64,000 bases of DNA, taken from NCBI RefSeq assembly GCF_009914755.1, contig NC_060944.1, one strand, 5' to 3'. This DNA is from the human T2T-CHM13v2.0 reference genome, Homo sapiens. A program made the position numbers and the translations under genes. Under the pieces are notes generated by a model. The model saw nothing but the letters and a program-made list of their open reading frames with translations, did not search any database and was not told the origin of the DNA. Shown here one piece after another: positions 30,939-47,454 of the stretch. Every line of letters begins with the position of its first letter. Positions within the stretch are counted from its first letter, which is position 1.

Positions 30939-32905
30939 CTAGGAACAGTATTGTAAAACTGTCATCCATTGCTGTGAACCAACCAACTGCTGCTCTTGTA
31001 CTGGTCTAGTTAGTCTCTCACTGTATCTCTCACTGTTGTGTCATTGTGTGACCTTGACAAGTCCACTTGACATTTGGTTTTGGCAGATTCCCCTGGGAGG
31101 TTTTGCTTGGTGAATACAATGCTAGAATTTTCTGCTGTTATCCAGGCAAAGGTGATGTAATTCCTTAATTAAATGATTGGATTTCAGTCTGCACTCTTTT
31201 AGCCTGTGAATTTCCTACATGAACATTGCCTAGCTTGATGATGTAGGAGTTTTGTTGCTTGGCCTCAGCTCTTGATGGCAATTCAGTTTGATTAAAATGT
31301 CTGGAGACTATCTTCAAGTAGAGTGGCCTTTGTTGTCCATTGTCATTGGATCGTTGAGTGGACGTCTGTATCTTCTGGCCCTCTCCACTTGAACTGTATA
31401 TCATTTATGAAATACTGCCAGGCTGAGAATGCAATCTCATCAGGAAGATTTGGTGAGATTAATTAATGCCTTAGTTGTTTGGGAGCTAGAGGGCTGTAAC
31501 TCTTCACTTGCAAAAGTGCCAGCCTATGGCATTTCCCAAATGTAGGTTACTAAAGGACAAGTCCTTATGTTCTGAAAAAGTATTAGATGTCCAGACTTCC
31601 TTCCTCCTTTTGGTGGGAATTGCAGTTTTTAAAATTCAACATTGGATTCTAAGTTTCTCCAACACTTTTTTCTTTGTAAGCAGGAATCCAACTCAATTTA
31701 TTTGCTCGATCTTTTGTCACCATATGTCCTCAGTCACCCAGTGAGAATGGAAGCAGCAGGCAATTTAATTTGTTCACAGTATAATCTTGGGTCCCTTTGA
31801 GTAAGAGCTTTTAGCAGCTCTGCTCCCTAATTGTGGAATTTACTACCGATTTCTAGTCACAGTGCCCTGCCTGTCCCTGCTTAAATAAACTAAAGCTTAC
31901 TGCATTAGCTGAAGCATTTGAAACTCTTGGGTAGGGGTATGGGCAGTGGGTAAAAGGGTCTCAAAGATGGGGAGAAATGTTTATTGTTCACTGCCCAGGT
32001 TTTCTCCCTGGAAGGAAGGATACACAAATTCTCACTCATATAATTCATGTTTCTGTTTCAGGAGTCTGCATAAGAAAAATAAGTGTAATAAAATAAAATT
32101 AAAGAAAACATTGGAGGAGAAGCATGGAGAAGGGCAAGAGGGAAAAAAAAATAGAGGGAAAAGCCAAGAGCTTGGAGGAGCAGAGGAGGAAATGAATCTA
32201 CCTATTCTCTCAAATCCTTTCCTCTTACTTCTCTGTAACTGCAGTTAATTTAGTGGCTTTCTTAATTCAGTGACATCCACATATATCAGAGCAGTTCTTT
32301 TTGCTGAAATATTAATTTGCCTTGAGTTGGACTGTATGAAACATTAACCACAGATTTGGAAACTGACATGCACAATGTTCCTGTTCTTGCTTTGCTGGGA
32401 GCCTTTGCCTGGGGAATGAAGGCCCCAGGGAAGGACTAGAACCCCTGCAAACCCCCTGTCCATCTCCTCAGCTGCTGCATCCATACCCCGTAGAGCAGCA
32501 GTTACAAACATGGGTTAATTTTCTGGAACCATTTCACCCTAAGTCTCTAGGATGCACACAAGATCCAACATTTTTCTTTGTTACTTGCTCATTTAATTTA
32601 TTAACTGTAAGACAGAGAGAGAACATTTATAAGAATACTAGTAAAAGCTAAGTGGTAGAAAAGGTGAACAGATTTATGAATGTGATTTCACTATAGGCTT
32701 CCCAGGGGAGTTGGAAATCCTTTCCCATTTCTATACAATGGGGCTATATGAAGACTCACTGGAACTAGATGTCACGGCATAAGGTGCAAAAAATGTTGTG
32801 AATCCGAGGGCTTCCAGTGACCTGCATTAGGGGCATAAGATGACGTGATGAGTAAAGATTTCAGCTTTCAAGGAGGTAGAAGGAAATGGTTGATGGTACT
32901 TACTT

Positions 32906-32910
<5 letters not shown>

Positions 32911-32944
<34 letters not shown>
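32911..32944. repeat. (CA)17 microsatellite
   Basis: Directly visible. Confidence 0.98.
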
Positions 32945-32948
<4 letters not shown>

Positions 32949-33589
32949 TTACATCAATAAGGTAACACCTGGCATCTTTTTCACAGTGAGAAGATTCTGG
33001 AGGCCAAGCAGGTGCCTGGGGTTCTGAAGCTCTCTACTCAGCCTCTTGAGGAATCTGAGTATTTATAAGGCTTTGGGGATTAAGGGCAGCATCTTTTTTC
33101 ACAGCTGAGCTTAGAGTCCTCTTACAACAGGAGCCCCTGTTATAATGTGTGAAGAAAATCTCCACCTTGCACAGAAGGCTGCAATGCATCCATGGTGAAG
33201 GAGTTTCCTCATTTATAATTAAGTTCAGGAAGCAGACTAGTGTGTTCTTTTTCAGATAAAGGAATGGCCTTCATGCTGAGAAAATTTAACCCTACACTAC
33301 TATTAGGTGTCAGAGTCCTTTTAAAGATGAGATGAGCCAGACAAGTGAGGAAGGTGAGAATTGGATTAGTTTGGAGGATAGGATAGCCACAGGGGTATGA
33401 GGCATGGGATAATTTAAGGTAGCATCAGGAGAAGCCAAGAACTGAATCAAAGTCAGGCAGGATCAGAGAGGCTGAGAGAATGGATCATCCATGGGACTAT
33501 AGTCTAAGGTGGAGGTAGAACTTGAGTAGCTCAATTAAAATGCCAAACTTAAGGAGAATGGATAAGGTGACCTGCCATTTTGCTCCCTG

Positions 33590-33680
33590 ATACCCTCTCC
33601 AAGTGTTGACAAGAGTCTAGCATGTGGCTGATGCTCGATAAATATTCATTAATTGAATAAATGAATAAGTGAATGAAATA
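33590..33680 (+). mobile_element. L2 3' terminus
   Basis: tagcatgtggctgatgctcgataaatattcattaattgaataaatgaataagtgaatgaa. Confidence 0.65.
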
Positions 33681-34736
33681 GAAAACTGTAGAGACTGGGC
33701 AGTATATTGAGACACATTCTGAAGAACCTAGGAATAAGCCAGTAATACACTGAGTAGAACAGGGGCATGGTACCCTATTCGGCCCCAAGCACAGGGAAGA
33801 ATGGCTTCATGGAACAAGGCATGGGTTCTGATGGGTGCTTAGATTAGAATTTCGTGAAAGGATGGCTTGAATGTCAAATGACCCATCTTCAAGCTCATGA
33901 CTTTTACATTCCTGCCGATTGGACATAGGTCTGTTATCTGAGCCTGGCATGGAGGAATCTCTAGGCCAGGAGCAAAGGGTCTCTCAGCTAAAGGAATCTG
34001 AAGAGTTGGAGCACTGGTTTTCCTTGATTTAACCGGCTCCAGGAAAACTCACATTTCATGGCTAAATGTAAGGGTACAGGCAAGAAAAGAGATTTGTTGT
34101 TGAGGTTTGTGCCTTCAAATCTTAAGTGATAGAAGTGTACATGTGAGTGTGTATGATGTGTGCGCATGTGTATTTATAGGAGATTTTGAGATAGTACACA
34201 GAAGCAGGAATTAGAGAGAAGGTCACACCTGCAGGCACATAGAAATAGTAGAGATGTTAGAGATGCAGAGAAATACAGAGATACACAGAAAGAGAATGAG
34301 AAACTAAAGAATAGAGAGTCAGAGAGAGGCTGTTTGGAATCTCCCCTCCCCATTAATCATGATAGTTGGTACGATTGAGGATGAGGTTGTTCTTTAATAA
34401 TTGAAACTCTAGGGATCCACTTCTGCTGGATCTCCGAAGGTTTGGATAAGTTTTCAAAAAAAGAAAAAATATCACCTTTGAAATAGAAGTTACTCCCTAG
34501 AAAGACACACCTGTGATTATGAAATAATAAAACTGTTTACATCCAGAAATATAGAAAATACATGCAGATGTGTCCCAGTCCCCCAAGATGTGTGCTGGGC
34601 AAGGAACGAGGCCTTGCAGGCTGTTGTGCTGAGGCTAGAGATTCTAGTTACAGGTTCTTTCCTAAGATTCCCTTATACATCTACGTCCACGTAGATACCT
34701 GACACTGTGATAACTGAAAAAAATATTTATGGTTCA

Positions 34737-35021
<285 letters not shown>

Positions 35022-37881
35022 TTATGGATCAAAACCTTAATAAGCAGATGCCCTTTTCATTGTTCTTGCTCATATCCAGATAAGAGCTAAGCCAGTTTCC
35101 TTCCTGACTCCTCCACCCCACCTCACGAGTAAACAGAAATAATTATAAATTATACTGCAGAGGCTAGTCAAGAGGAAGTCTTCCAAGCCCAGGCTTTAAT
35201 TCATCTTGGGTGATAGTTCATTTCACACAGCCCCACCAGACAGGAATAACTTATTTTAATTGGCTATCATTTGTGAACCGGCGCATGGTCTACTTTAGAA
35301 ATGACACTGCCACTTTATTGTAACTGCATTTCTCTGACTCATGGTTATGAGGGGAGTAGATCAATTTTTCATAAATCATAAAAGTATGTAGAAAAATAAA
35401 ATGGATTTCTTTCCCCAGTCCTTTCTAGCTTTCCCACACAATACCAAAAAGAAGGCTATCCGATTCTGTGACCATCCACCTATACTTGGAATCCCCCCAA
35501 AGAAGATGGCCTTAGGAGGAAAGAACCAACAATAGTCACAGCATGTTGAAAAAGAAAAAAAAAACAAAAAAAAAACAGGCCATTCTCCAAGCTTCTTTGG
35601 CCCTTTGTTAACTGGTCTGACACAGTGAAGATTCCTGTTATCCTGATGAAAGCAATTGCTTTTTCTCCCATAGAGTCCTTGTTCTTTATTAGAAACATCA
35701 CTTAATGTTCCCAGGGACTAGGATAATGACCTATGTAATGGCCTTAGGAATCCTAACCTTTCAAGGTAAGAGAGGTAGCAAAGATATGCCCAAGAGCATG
35801 GATAGATGAGGAGGGACAGTAAGTTCCTGTGCTTCCTTTGGAGATCTCTGTCATTACATTGCTGGGTGGACAGAAGACCTGACAAAAACCTCAGTGTCAT
35901 CTTCTTTTTAGCCAAGACCCTTTTTGGAAGGGGTTGGAAGGGGATGGAAGGAGGGCACCCACTCTGTTGTCAAGAACTGGCATCTTAGCAAAGACAGACT
36001 CACAGTGGGTGGATTAATCTAAATAGGGGCAGAGGAATCATGTCAATTCCACCCACAATCACTCTGTATGTCCCCTTTCCTCCCTTAGCTGCCTGAGGTC
36101 TATATACAAATTGCTCTCCAACACCTGCTCAGAGATCCATGTCTTCTCCCTGCAGAAGGCAGCCACTTTTGGTTCCACTGAAGCACTTTAGTCATACGCA
36201 TTTAGATTATAGAAGAGGTCACTTGCATAGTTAATAAAGTTTTTTTTTAAACTAGAGAACACGATTTTTGAGAAATAGGAGGGACATTAACTGTCAAAGA
36301 TATGTAGGTATGTGTGTGGGTATGCATATTCGTACATATGGTTTCAATCCTATCCAGAATCTACATTATAAAGGTAAAAGCTTAAACAATGCCAAAGACT
36401 GTGAAGTTTCTATTAGTGCACACACTTTGGAAGAGTACACGTTCATGTATGTGGGGTGTGTGTGTGAACACAAGAGGTTATCAGTGTACAAATAGCCAGA
36501 AACTGTTTTTAAGTGAGGTGTTTAAACTTGAAATATGTTCCCTTACAAAAGAGATTATGGAAGGTAGATTCCCTGGCTTCCCACATCCAAAAATGAATAA
36601 GCCTATCAGACTATTACAGATTTACCAAAATTTTTTTTAAAGTAATAATGTTCACTCACATTTTTTTGGTAACGTCATAAAGTATATTTGGAGGCATTGA
36701 TTCACTTCGTGGAGGTCCTTGGTTTCCTCTTTCCTTTCTTGCGGTGTTTCTGGTTTCTGAACAATTGAACATCCCTTACTCTCTCCCTAGTAAAAACAAG
36801 GTTCTCTCCAACTTAGCTCCTCATAAGTTATTACCTAACTTAGCTGTTAGGTAATAAATGAAAGAAAACCCACCATTGAAGTCTAAGGGAGGTGTTAAAG
36901 TTTGATGGGCACCTTTTCATGTGTTTGCATAAAACCTCATATGTATGTGCAATTTTGTGTATATGGATACAGAATTACACATGTATGTATGGCGGGGTTA
37001 GATAGGTGTACATCAGACAGTGTGACTGTAATCTGTAAATGTTCAAGAATAACCATTCTTAGGTAAAACTGGTATATTTTAGTTTGAAATACTTCAGTGG
37101 GCAAAATTTTCTTAAGAATTATTGACTTGGGAATATTTTTATGCAATCTATTCCAACTATTTCAAATTTATTTACTTTGCTTATTAATAAATGGTACAGT
37201 TTAGTATTGGATAACTGATTCATGGAAACATATAGGAGTGAGGAGCTTCTTAATTCTAATTTTGTAGAGTTGTTTTGGATGTTTGCCAGAGTCTTCTGGT
37301 TCTAGAACTACTAGTTTTATATTCTGAATCATTTACTTAGTGGGCTTTCTTGTTAACTCATCTCTGGCTCCCGTCTATAAATAAAGTGAGTTTAGGTCCA
37401 TTTCGCCATGTCTGTCTTCCAGTGTGTCAATTTACTTTTCAAATGTTGTTCGGTGAGCATACCTTTAAGAACTGGGTTGCCAAGATGGACACAATAGAAA
37501 GATACAATTACTCAACTAAGAATGCTGGAGACATCTCTGAGCAGGTATGGAGATAAAGATGTCTGGAAAGTTTATTGCCTTTAATTTGCACAGCTTTCCG
37601 CCCCCACCCTCCTCCCCTGCCTCCCATCTGTAGGTGTTAGATCTTTAAGGGAGCTTGACATTTAGCTTTGAAATGAATACACTTTTTTGGTTCTTAACAA
37701 CCAGGGTAAGTTTTCATAGGTAATTTAGCAAATGTCAAACTTTTCTAATAATGTAGATTTGATTTATATATCCAAGCTTGCTATTCTCATTATCCAGACA
37801 TCTCAGAAGTTGGGTGGCTTTCAAGCCAAGGCAGCCCCCATCACCATTCACACTCACACACGCACCCCACTCACTTTTCTT

Positions 37882-38213
37882 TTTTCTTTTTCTTTCTTTT
37901 CTTTTCTTTCTTTCTTTTTTTTTTTTTTTTTTTGAGACGGAGTCTTGCTCTGTTGCCCAGGCTGGAGTGCAGTGGCGCGATCTCGGCTCACTGCAAGCTC
38001 CACTACCGGGTTCATGCCATTCTCCTGCCTCAACCTCCCGAGTAGCTGGGACTACAGGCGCCCGCCACCACGCCCGGCTAATTTTTTTGTATTTTTAGTA
38101 GAGACGGGGTTCACCGTATTAGCCACGATGGTCTCGATCTCCTGACCTTGTGATCTGCCCGCCTCGGCCTCCCAAAGTGCTGGGATTACAGGCGTGAGCC
38201 ACCCCGCCCGGCC
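37882..38213 (-). mobile_element. Full-length AluY with compound T/TTTC tail
   Basis: gcaagctcc diagnostic; 16-bp TSD cccactcacttttctt at 37866-37881 and 38214-38229. Confidence 0.97.
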
Positions 38214-38499
38214 CCCACTCACTTTTCTTCTTTGCATTTCTGTCTCTGTCACCTACTCTGCATTCTCTCTACCTCCACCAGTTAGGATACCAGTGGGTAC
38301 AAATACCAGATGTTTCTTTTCCTTTCTGCTTTCTCCTTATCACACAAACAATAGTCACTTTTCTAATAACACGTTTTCCTGTCTTTCAATGATTAAAGTG
38401 GGCTCTTAAGTTTGTAACCTGGCAATCAGGAAATATTTGTTAAATGCCTATTGCATGCAAGGTCCTCACAGTGCACCCTTCCTAAAGGACTTAACTAGC

Positions 38500-39005
38500 A
38501 TCAATTTCTATTTGTTTATTTTCTGGAAACAGCATCCTGACTTATTTTGGTGATCCTTCTTTTTTTCTTGGTGTGTATCATTTGGTTCATGTCAAAGTCC
38601 CACAGTGAAACTGACTCTACTTTCACTTCCTCATCATGCAATTTAGCCTGTCAAATTGGAGCCTAGCCTCCCCTGGCCTCAGTGATGATGGGTTAAAAAT
38701 AGGCAGGTTACCTGATGAGGACCAACCAGAGCTTAGAATGACCATGAATAAAGATCTCTTTCCCATTGGAGTTATTGAAAAATGAATTGTAGGCCTGGAA
38801 TGGTGTGTCCATCTATGGGGATAACCTGCCTGAGAATGAAGCCACCTCAGAGAGAAGCAGAATCAGGAAGTGGAGAAGGGCATACTTTGAGCCCCTAGAG
38901 CCACCACACTTAAAGGCAGAATCCTCCTCTTGGTCTTTTCTTTATTTTTTTCTTAAGCCAATTTGAGTTGAAATTTTTTGTCATTTGCAACGGAATGAGA
39001 CATGT
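38500..39005 (+). mobile_element. Old MLT1 (J/K-like) LTR
   Basis: cctgcctgagaatgaagcca ... cttaagccaatttgagttgaaattttttgtcatttgcaac. Confidence 0.65.
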
Positions 39006-39179
39006 TCCTCTCCCCCAAGAGCTAGCGTGTGGTATAGTGATACCAGGTTGTGTTTGATATATGGGGCGATAGAGACACATGTGGGGTGGAAGCTGTCCCT
39101 GTGAGTATGGAGTGTCTGAAGGCTTCACATCGTCAAGGATGTGGAATTCCAGCCAAGCCTTGGAGTATGACGATGGTTT

Positions 39180-40440
<1,261 letters not shown>

Positions 40441-41104
40441 ATGAGCAGGGAGACTAGGCACCAGTAATACTCAGGTAAATCAAGGTTACAAACAGTAGTC
40501 AAGCTGACTAGAATTCAGGCAGAGAGATGAACCACTTTCTCCAAGGTGGATGGAGATGCAATCTTCCTGGCTACAAGATCCTCATCAAGGGGTTGCACAG
40601 TAGAAGATCATGTTTGAATAAATGAGGATCATAGCAGATCTTCTGGAGTTCTAACCACCTTTGCCAAGCCTAGCCTTCCCTACAGGAGACTGGGGAAGTT
40701 ATCCTTCTAAGTTTAGATGTAAACATGTCAGGAATTACCTCCCCTGGGCCAAGTGCCCCACATAAATCTTGGAGTTAAGCAAGGCAGATTCCAGAATAAT
40801 AGGCATGAACCCAAACCTCACGTATGACTCTTTTGCACCCCAGGTTAATGCTGCTTGGATCAAAATCATTTCAGAACTTGGGTTTGTCATCGAGTCATCT
40901 GTGGAGTCATTAGATCCTTAGGCCAACCAGATCCTTAGGCCAGCTATAGGGACCATTCTGCAAGATGCAAGGGTCCCACCTGTGGGTCTTTGCATGTCCC
41001 CTTGTCTGATCTAGCCTTTCTCTTTCTGTCTCTACCTGGTGAACTGCTACTCATCTCTCAAAACTCAGTATGGATGTTACAACCCTTGTAAAAATGTCTC
41101 TCCC

Positions 41105-41222
41105 CTTTCTTTTTTTTTTTCTTCCTTTTTTTTTTTTTGTGGAGAACGGGGTCTCGCTATATTGCCCAGGCAGGTCTCGAACTCCTGGGCTCAAGCTGTC
41201 CTCCTGCCTCTGCCTCCCTGAG
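41105..41222 (-). mobile_element. FLAM / Alu left-monomer fragment
   Basis: T tract then ggggtctcgctatattgcccaggcaggtctcgaactcctgggctcaag. Confidence 0.85.
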
Positions 41223-41901
41223 AATCTCTGCCCTTTCATTGTTGTACTTCCATTGTTTTATATCCTCATTGTGCTGTGTACACCCCCTCTTGCAGGGCAC
41301 ATCAATATTTTTGTAATTGTCTTTTGCCTGACTGTGTTATATTTATCTTCACATCCCAAGGACATAGATAATGTCTGCCACTTAACAGGTGCTCACACAT
41401 GGTTTTCAAATAAATGAGTGAAACAAGGGGTGGAAGAAACAAAGGTAACAAACACAGGCAGCCAAATATTCACAGCTTGCTTATAAGAGCTCATTAGGGA
41501 TGTTGTAGAAGTGAATTTGTTGGTAAAAATATTCAATTTAAAGGTCAATTTAAAGTATACATATGAGACAATGACTCACAGGGTTGATGCTGGAAATGAA
41601 CTAGGTGTATCACTCAGTGTCAGTTAACTGCTATAACAAACAAACCCTCAAATCTAACGCCTTGACCTCAAAGAAGTTTGATTCTTGCTCATGCAAAACA
41701 TAATGAGCATATTCTTGAATGGATGGTTCTGCTGCAAGCAGTGAATCAGGGACTAAGCTATTTCTATCTTGTGACTGTACTATCTTGGAAGTTCAAGGTT
41801 GCCTTGGTACCAGCCAGCTGGCTCTAGGGATGGCAAAGAGGGCATGAAATTTCACTTAGGTTCAAGGGGGTTAAAAAATGTAGTGGAAAGAAAATGAGGC
41901 A

Positions 41902-42281
<380 letters not shown>

Positions 42282-42457
42282 TTAAAGCAAACAGTAGCTC
42301 AATGGGAAATAATATTTGCATCTCTATTTTATCTAAAGTCTATTTTTAAAAGGCCTATAAAATCATAAAAGTCATGTGGCATTATTTTTCAACTTTGTAA
42401 ATGGTTGCTTGGCACTCATTCAATTAGACAGGATAGTTTAACAGCAGTGATACTATC

Positions 42458-42495
42458 AGCATCATCATCACCATCATTGTCATCATCATCATGAC
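42458..42495. repeat. Imperfect (CAT)n trinucleotide repeat
   Basis: cagcatcatcatcaccatcattgtcatcatcatcatga. Confidence 0.85.
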
Positions 42496-42812
42496 CACAT
42501 CTTCATTGAAGGCCTCATATGAGATATAGGTCACTGCATCAGGTAATGGAGTTTCAAGGAGGCATAAAGTCTTGAGGATCTTATCAAGTTGGGACGTCAG
42601 AGTAACTACATTCATAAGGTAAATCATAATGCAAGCCTGCATGTGCTTAATGCTAAATGACTGACAGTGATATTATGGAGAAATGGGCATCCCTGAGGTC
42701 AATGTGATGTACTCTCAGAAATATGAGTATTGACTACATCAGAGAATCATAGACTATAAAAACCATGAAGGCCTTTAGGGATGTAGGCCACCTCCTTCAT
42801 TTTACAGGTGAG

Positions 42813-43617
<805 letters not shown>

Positions 43618-43727
43618 ATGAGGAAACTGAGACCACAGAGGCTGAGTTCCCTTAGGGAGTACACTATTTTATGCAGAGCCAGGAATAGAGCCACATTCTG
43701 CGATTCCTAATCCAGTGTACTTGAGTC

Positions 43728-43916
43728 CAGGGCTTCTCAAATCTTAGTGGGCACCAGAACCACTTGGGGAAGTTGCTGAACACTCAGCTTCCTGGACTCC
43801 ACCCTCAGATATTCTGATTAATAGGTCTGAGGTGGGAGTCTGAGAATTTTTATATCTAACAAGCTCCAAGGTGATGTTGATGCTGTCAGTCTGTTGACTA
43901 ATTTTGAGTAGCCCTG
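43728..43916 (-). mobile_element. MER5A MITE
   Basis: cagggcttctcaaa ... ttctgattaataggtctgaggtggg ... tctaacaagctccaaggtgatgttgatgctg. Confidence 0.85.
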
Positions 43917-44499
43917 CCTTACACCAGGCCTGAGCTAATCTCCCAGCACAGTTTAGACAAACGTTGGCATCTGCTGGTTTACTATTGTGCTTCTTGACAA
44001 TTACCCGTTTGCTGCATTTCCAGGTAAATAATTGAAAAGCACGAAGTGACAGGTATTTTTCAGGATGCGCCCAGTTGCAGCTGAGACCAGTTTTAGCTCT
44101 TCCAGCTGTAGGCTGAAGAAACCCGTATGGTCTGTAAGCTAGCTACCCTTATCGGAGTTCTCCTGTCTGTAGGTATGACAGTGAGGGTTTCATAACCTTG
44201 TTACCAGAAGCAATTAGGGTGATCATCCAGATTTTCAGATCCATTTCCCATAGAGACACACGTTAGGAATCTCCCACAGTGAATTTAATTAGTGGGAAAC
44301 ACGGCTCAGCCAGCGACCTGCAGTGCAGATAACAGCCATGGCTGCCCAGAGATAGTGGCTCCCTTTTCTTAAAAAATGACAGGTTTCCTAAAAGGTGGTG
44401 ATGAGTCCCAGCCAGACTTCAGGTGGGAATCTCTGTGCAGCCTGATTTCATGTAACCAAGCAACTCACACATCTTCCTTCTATTCAATTTAAAGAACTC

Positions 44500-45030
44500 A
44501 CCTAGGCAGAGATGCGAGTGAGAAAGGATAACGGACTGCAAATGACAGCATTAGGCATTTCCCCAGTGTACCTGGGCTTATTTTGGCCACTGGTGTATTT
44601 CTGCAGATGTTCTGCATGTGATACAGTAGTCATATTTACTTCTGGAATTGTTATTGAAGGTTCTCTAATGAGTAATGTAGGATATCTAATAGCCCACATT
44701 AATGGCAGGGAAGCTGTGAATTTGCTTTAGTTTATCTCTGCATAAAAAGCCATAGGATTAGTCTGCTTGCATTATGTGCTGGAGTTTAAAGATGACCTTG
44801 TTAAGCATTAATGAAAGTCGTAGGCAAACATTTGTCAAGCATCAGTGGGTGAATAGACCCCTCTTAGGCAGAATATTCATGCCGTCCATTACAATAACTA
44901 TTAGATACAATGCGAAGAATTGATCAAATATGCTCCTTGTAATATAATCCTATATGAGGATTAATGATTATATTAAGTACCAGATGGCATAATTTGGCAT
45001 TGACTAAAGTTATTGGTAAACTGAGAATGT
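44500..45030. promoter_or_regulatory. Candidate enhancer (repeat-free, homeodomain and E-box rich)
   Basis: No recognisable TE; GGATTA 44755-44760, TAATCC 44945-44950, GGATTA 44958-44963, CAGATGG 44981-44987, TGACCTTG 44793-44800, several TAAT/ATTA. Function is inferred only. Confidence 0.4.
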
Positions 45031-47454
45031 TTCATGTCCCCAGTGTTTCTGGTTTAGACTAATTGATGTATGTTCAAAATCTAGCTAGAGCTTTTACATT
45101 AATGGGGCCCTGTGGCTTACGGCAGGGGATCATGGCACTGTTACCTGGACTTCTGAGGAGTTCTTTATGAAAGGAGGGAGCTCTTGGGTCAGTTAGCGAA
45201 TGCCTCTTGTTTTTAATTGTGATACCAATTCATACTACCACAAGCGGCAATGTTTGAAGAAACTCACCCCTTAATTATTCATCGTTTCCAAGGTGAAACA
45301 GTATTATTTTTCTCAGTGACTCTCACCATTAAAAGTCACAGCTATTTGTTTATTGACATTTATTTGATCACTACTGAAAAGATTTTTTTTTCTTGTGTTT
45401 ATAGGGCCTTTGCTTCTCTTTCTCTTTTTCTAGTCTGTTTGTGAATGTTAACCAATTTTTCATTGATATTTTTGCTTTCCTTTTTATTGACTGGAAAGAA
45501 GTTGTATTTGCAAAAGATTGCTGAGCCTGGGTCCCTGAGTGACATCAGTAGCACAAATATTGAGGGTACTCAGGAGTGTCAGAAGCCATGTGGCCAGGCA
45601 AGTTGATTATATAAAGATGGTTGGGGAGCAAAGGTGGGTTTCTGTGGACCCCACTTAAGTGTTTGCATGGGGGTGGCTGGGTGGGAGTAAATGAAAAATA
45701 TTTGTCAAAGCAGGACTAGCAAGCAACTCTAAATAAGTTGAAGTTTTTGGTAATGTATTGCTTTAATTTACATTCACTTTATAGTCCATGCACATGAGAA
45801 TTATTTGGAAGAGGTTTAATTTTACTAGCTGCTGAATGCAGTAAGGTTGCTAGCAACAGAGCAGAAAGAGCTAGGCTGTTTGCTAATGCACTTGGGCTGT
45901 ACTGTAACTACGCAAGGCAGTGCTAGTGGCGGTGGAGTCAATAAACATGCAGTTCTCTGGCTTTGAGGGTTATTTGTTTTACTGAGCCAATATGTTTTTT
46001 CTAGTTAACATTTTTCTGTAGTGTTTTCGCCTGTGTGTGAAAGGCTTGTAAATACACTTGAAGGTGCTGGGGAAGGAAAAGGTATTGCCAACTTCATATT
46101 GGTGGATTAAATTCACTGTATCTGCTTCTTTCCCCGTGAAACCCAAACATGCGGAGCTTGCATGTCTTTTGAGATATGGCAGAACTGAACTTAAAACCTG
46201 GGCTTTTTCGGGTGTGAGGACCCTTATCTTTAGTAGCCCCCAAATAACTCTTAAAATGGCCGGAAAATCTAATTTCTTCTTATTATGACCTACCCCAGTT
46301 TTGTCACATGTTTTATGTTTGGAGTCACATAAATACTCTGGCCATTTTAATCAGTGAAAAAACTATATTTGGTTAAGAGTTTAGTTTGTTACTACTGGGA
46401 AATTTGATTTATCTGTTTTAAGCAACCATCTGGAGTACGTTTATTCATATTACGTGTCATGCATATATTTATGCTGCAAGATCAAAAAACCTTAAATTAC
46501 ATCCTTTTGAAAGTTTATATGTTATATAATGACAATTGCCAACACCACAACGATGTGATTGCATGGCTTTCAAAAATGGAAACATTGTACAACAAAAAGA
46601 TTACAATGTATAATGAACAAGTTCATTTGCTCAAATATAAATGTGTAGTGAATAATGAAATGCATGCACAATGAGCTGAGATGAATCTTCTGTCATTAGA
46701 AATGCAATTACAGTGTATTGAAATTTCCAAAGTCTAACAAAAGTAAATAGATATATGGTTATGCAGCCAAAACCAGATTCTATTCATTTGTGAAAGTTTT
46801 CCTTAATTATGCCATAAATATATCAAGTAACTTATACTTAATAAGGATTATGCAAAAATATTGATAATGTGTATATGTGCACATGTGTTATTTTTTTCAA
46901 TCGAAGGAGTAGTGTTTATACAAATCTGCTCTGTGTATAATTTAGTGTTCCCAGGTAGCTTTTAGTCTCCTACTATTGTCACTTGACCTCACACCTTCAT
47001 ATCTTTCTGAGAGCACCATTGCCTTCCCTTATGCCTTACTCTCTTTCCAGCAAAATCATTTCACAGGAAAAGATCTGCAGAACACAGTCATGCAAAAGGA
47101 TGACCTAATGGAATGCCAAGTTGGCATGCACATAGCATGGCAGATCCCTCCTGACATTGTACTCATACCAGCATGAACTGGAATACCAAGGTTGCCACTT
47201 AGTATTTGACCTTAGGTAACTACTAAACCTTCCTGAGTTTTCGTTTTATAAAACAGAATATCCCTAACATCTTCCTCTGGTTTTGGTGAGGATTAAATGA
47301 TGTATTTTATGTATTGCTTTTGATAGAGGGTGTTGTTCATGAGTTAATAATATAATTTCCTTTCCTCTGCTCTAATGTTGGTTCATTTCTTTTGCATATT
47401 GCAATGTTGTCTTCTTGGCCAAGGTATTCATCTTCTCATGTCCCTTTCCCTGGT

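Noticed and set aside
44502-44730. Opposing 65-72 aa ORFs and a minus-strand donor-like site (TAG/gtgagt) near 44500
   Set aside because: No recognisable homology and no convincing paired acceptor; an enhancer is the better reading.
46145-46167. p53-like CATG/CTTG decamers
   Set aside because: Half sites overlap and carry several mismatches to RRRCWWGYYY.
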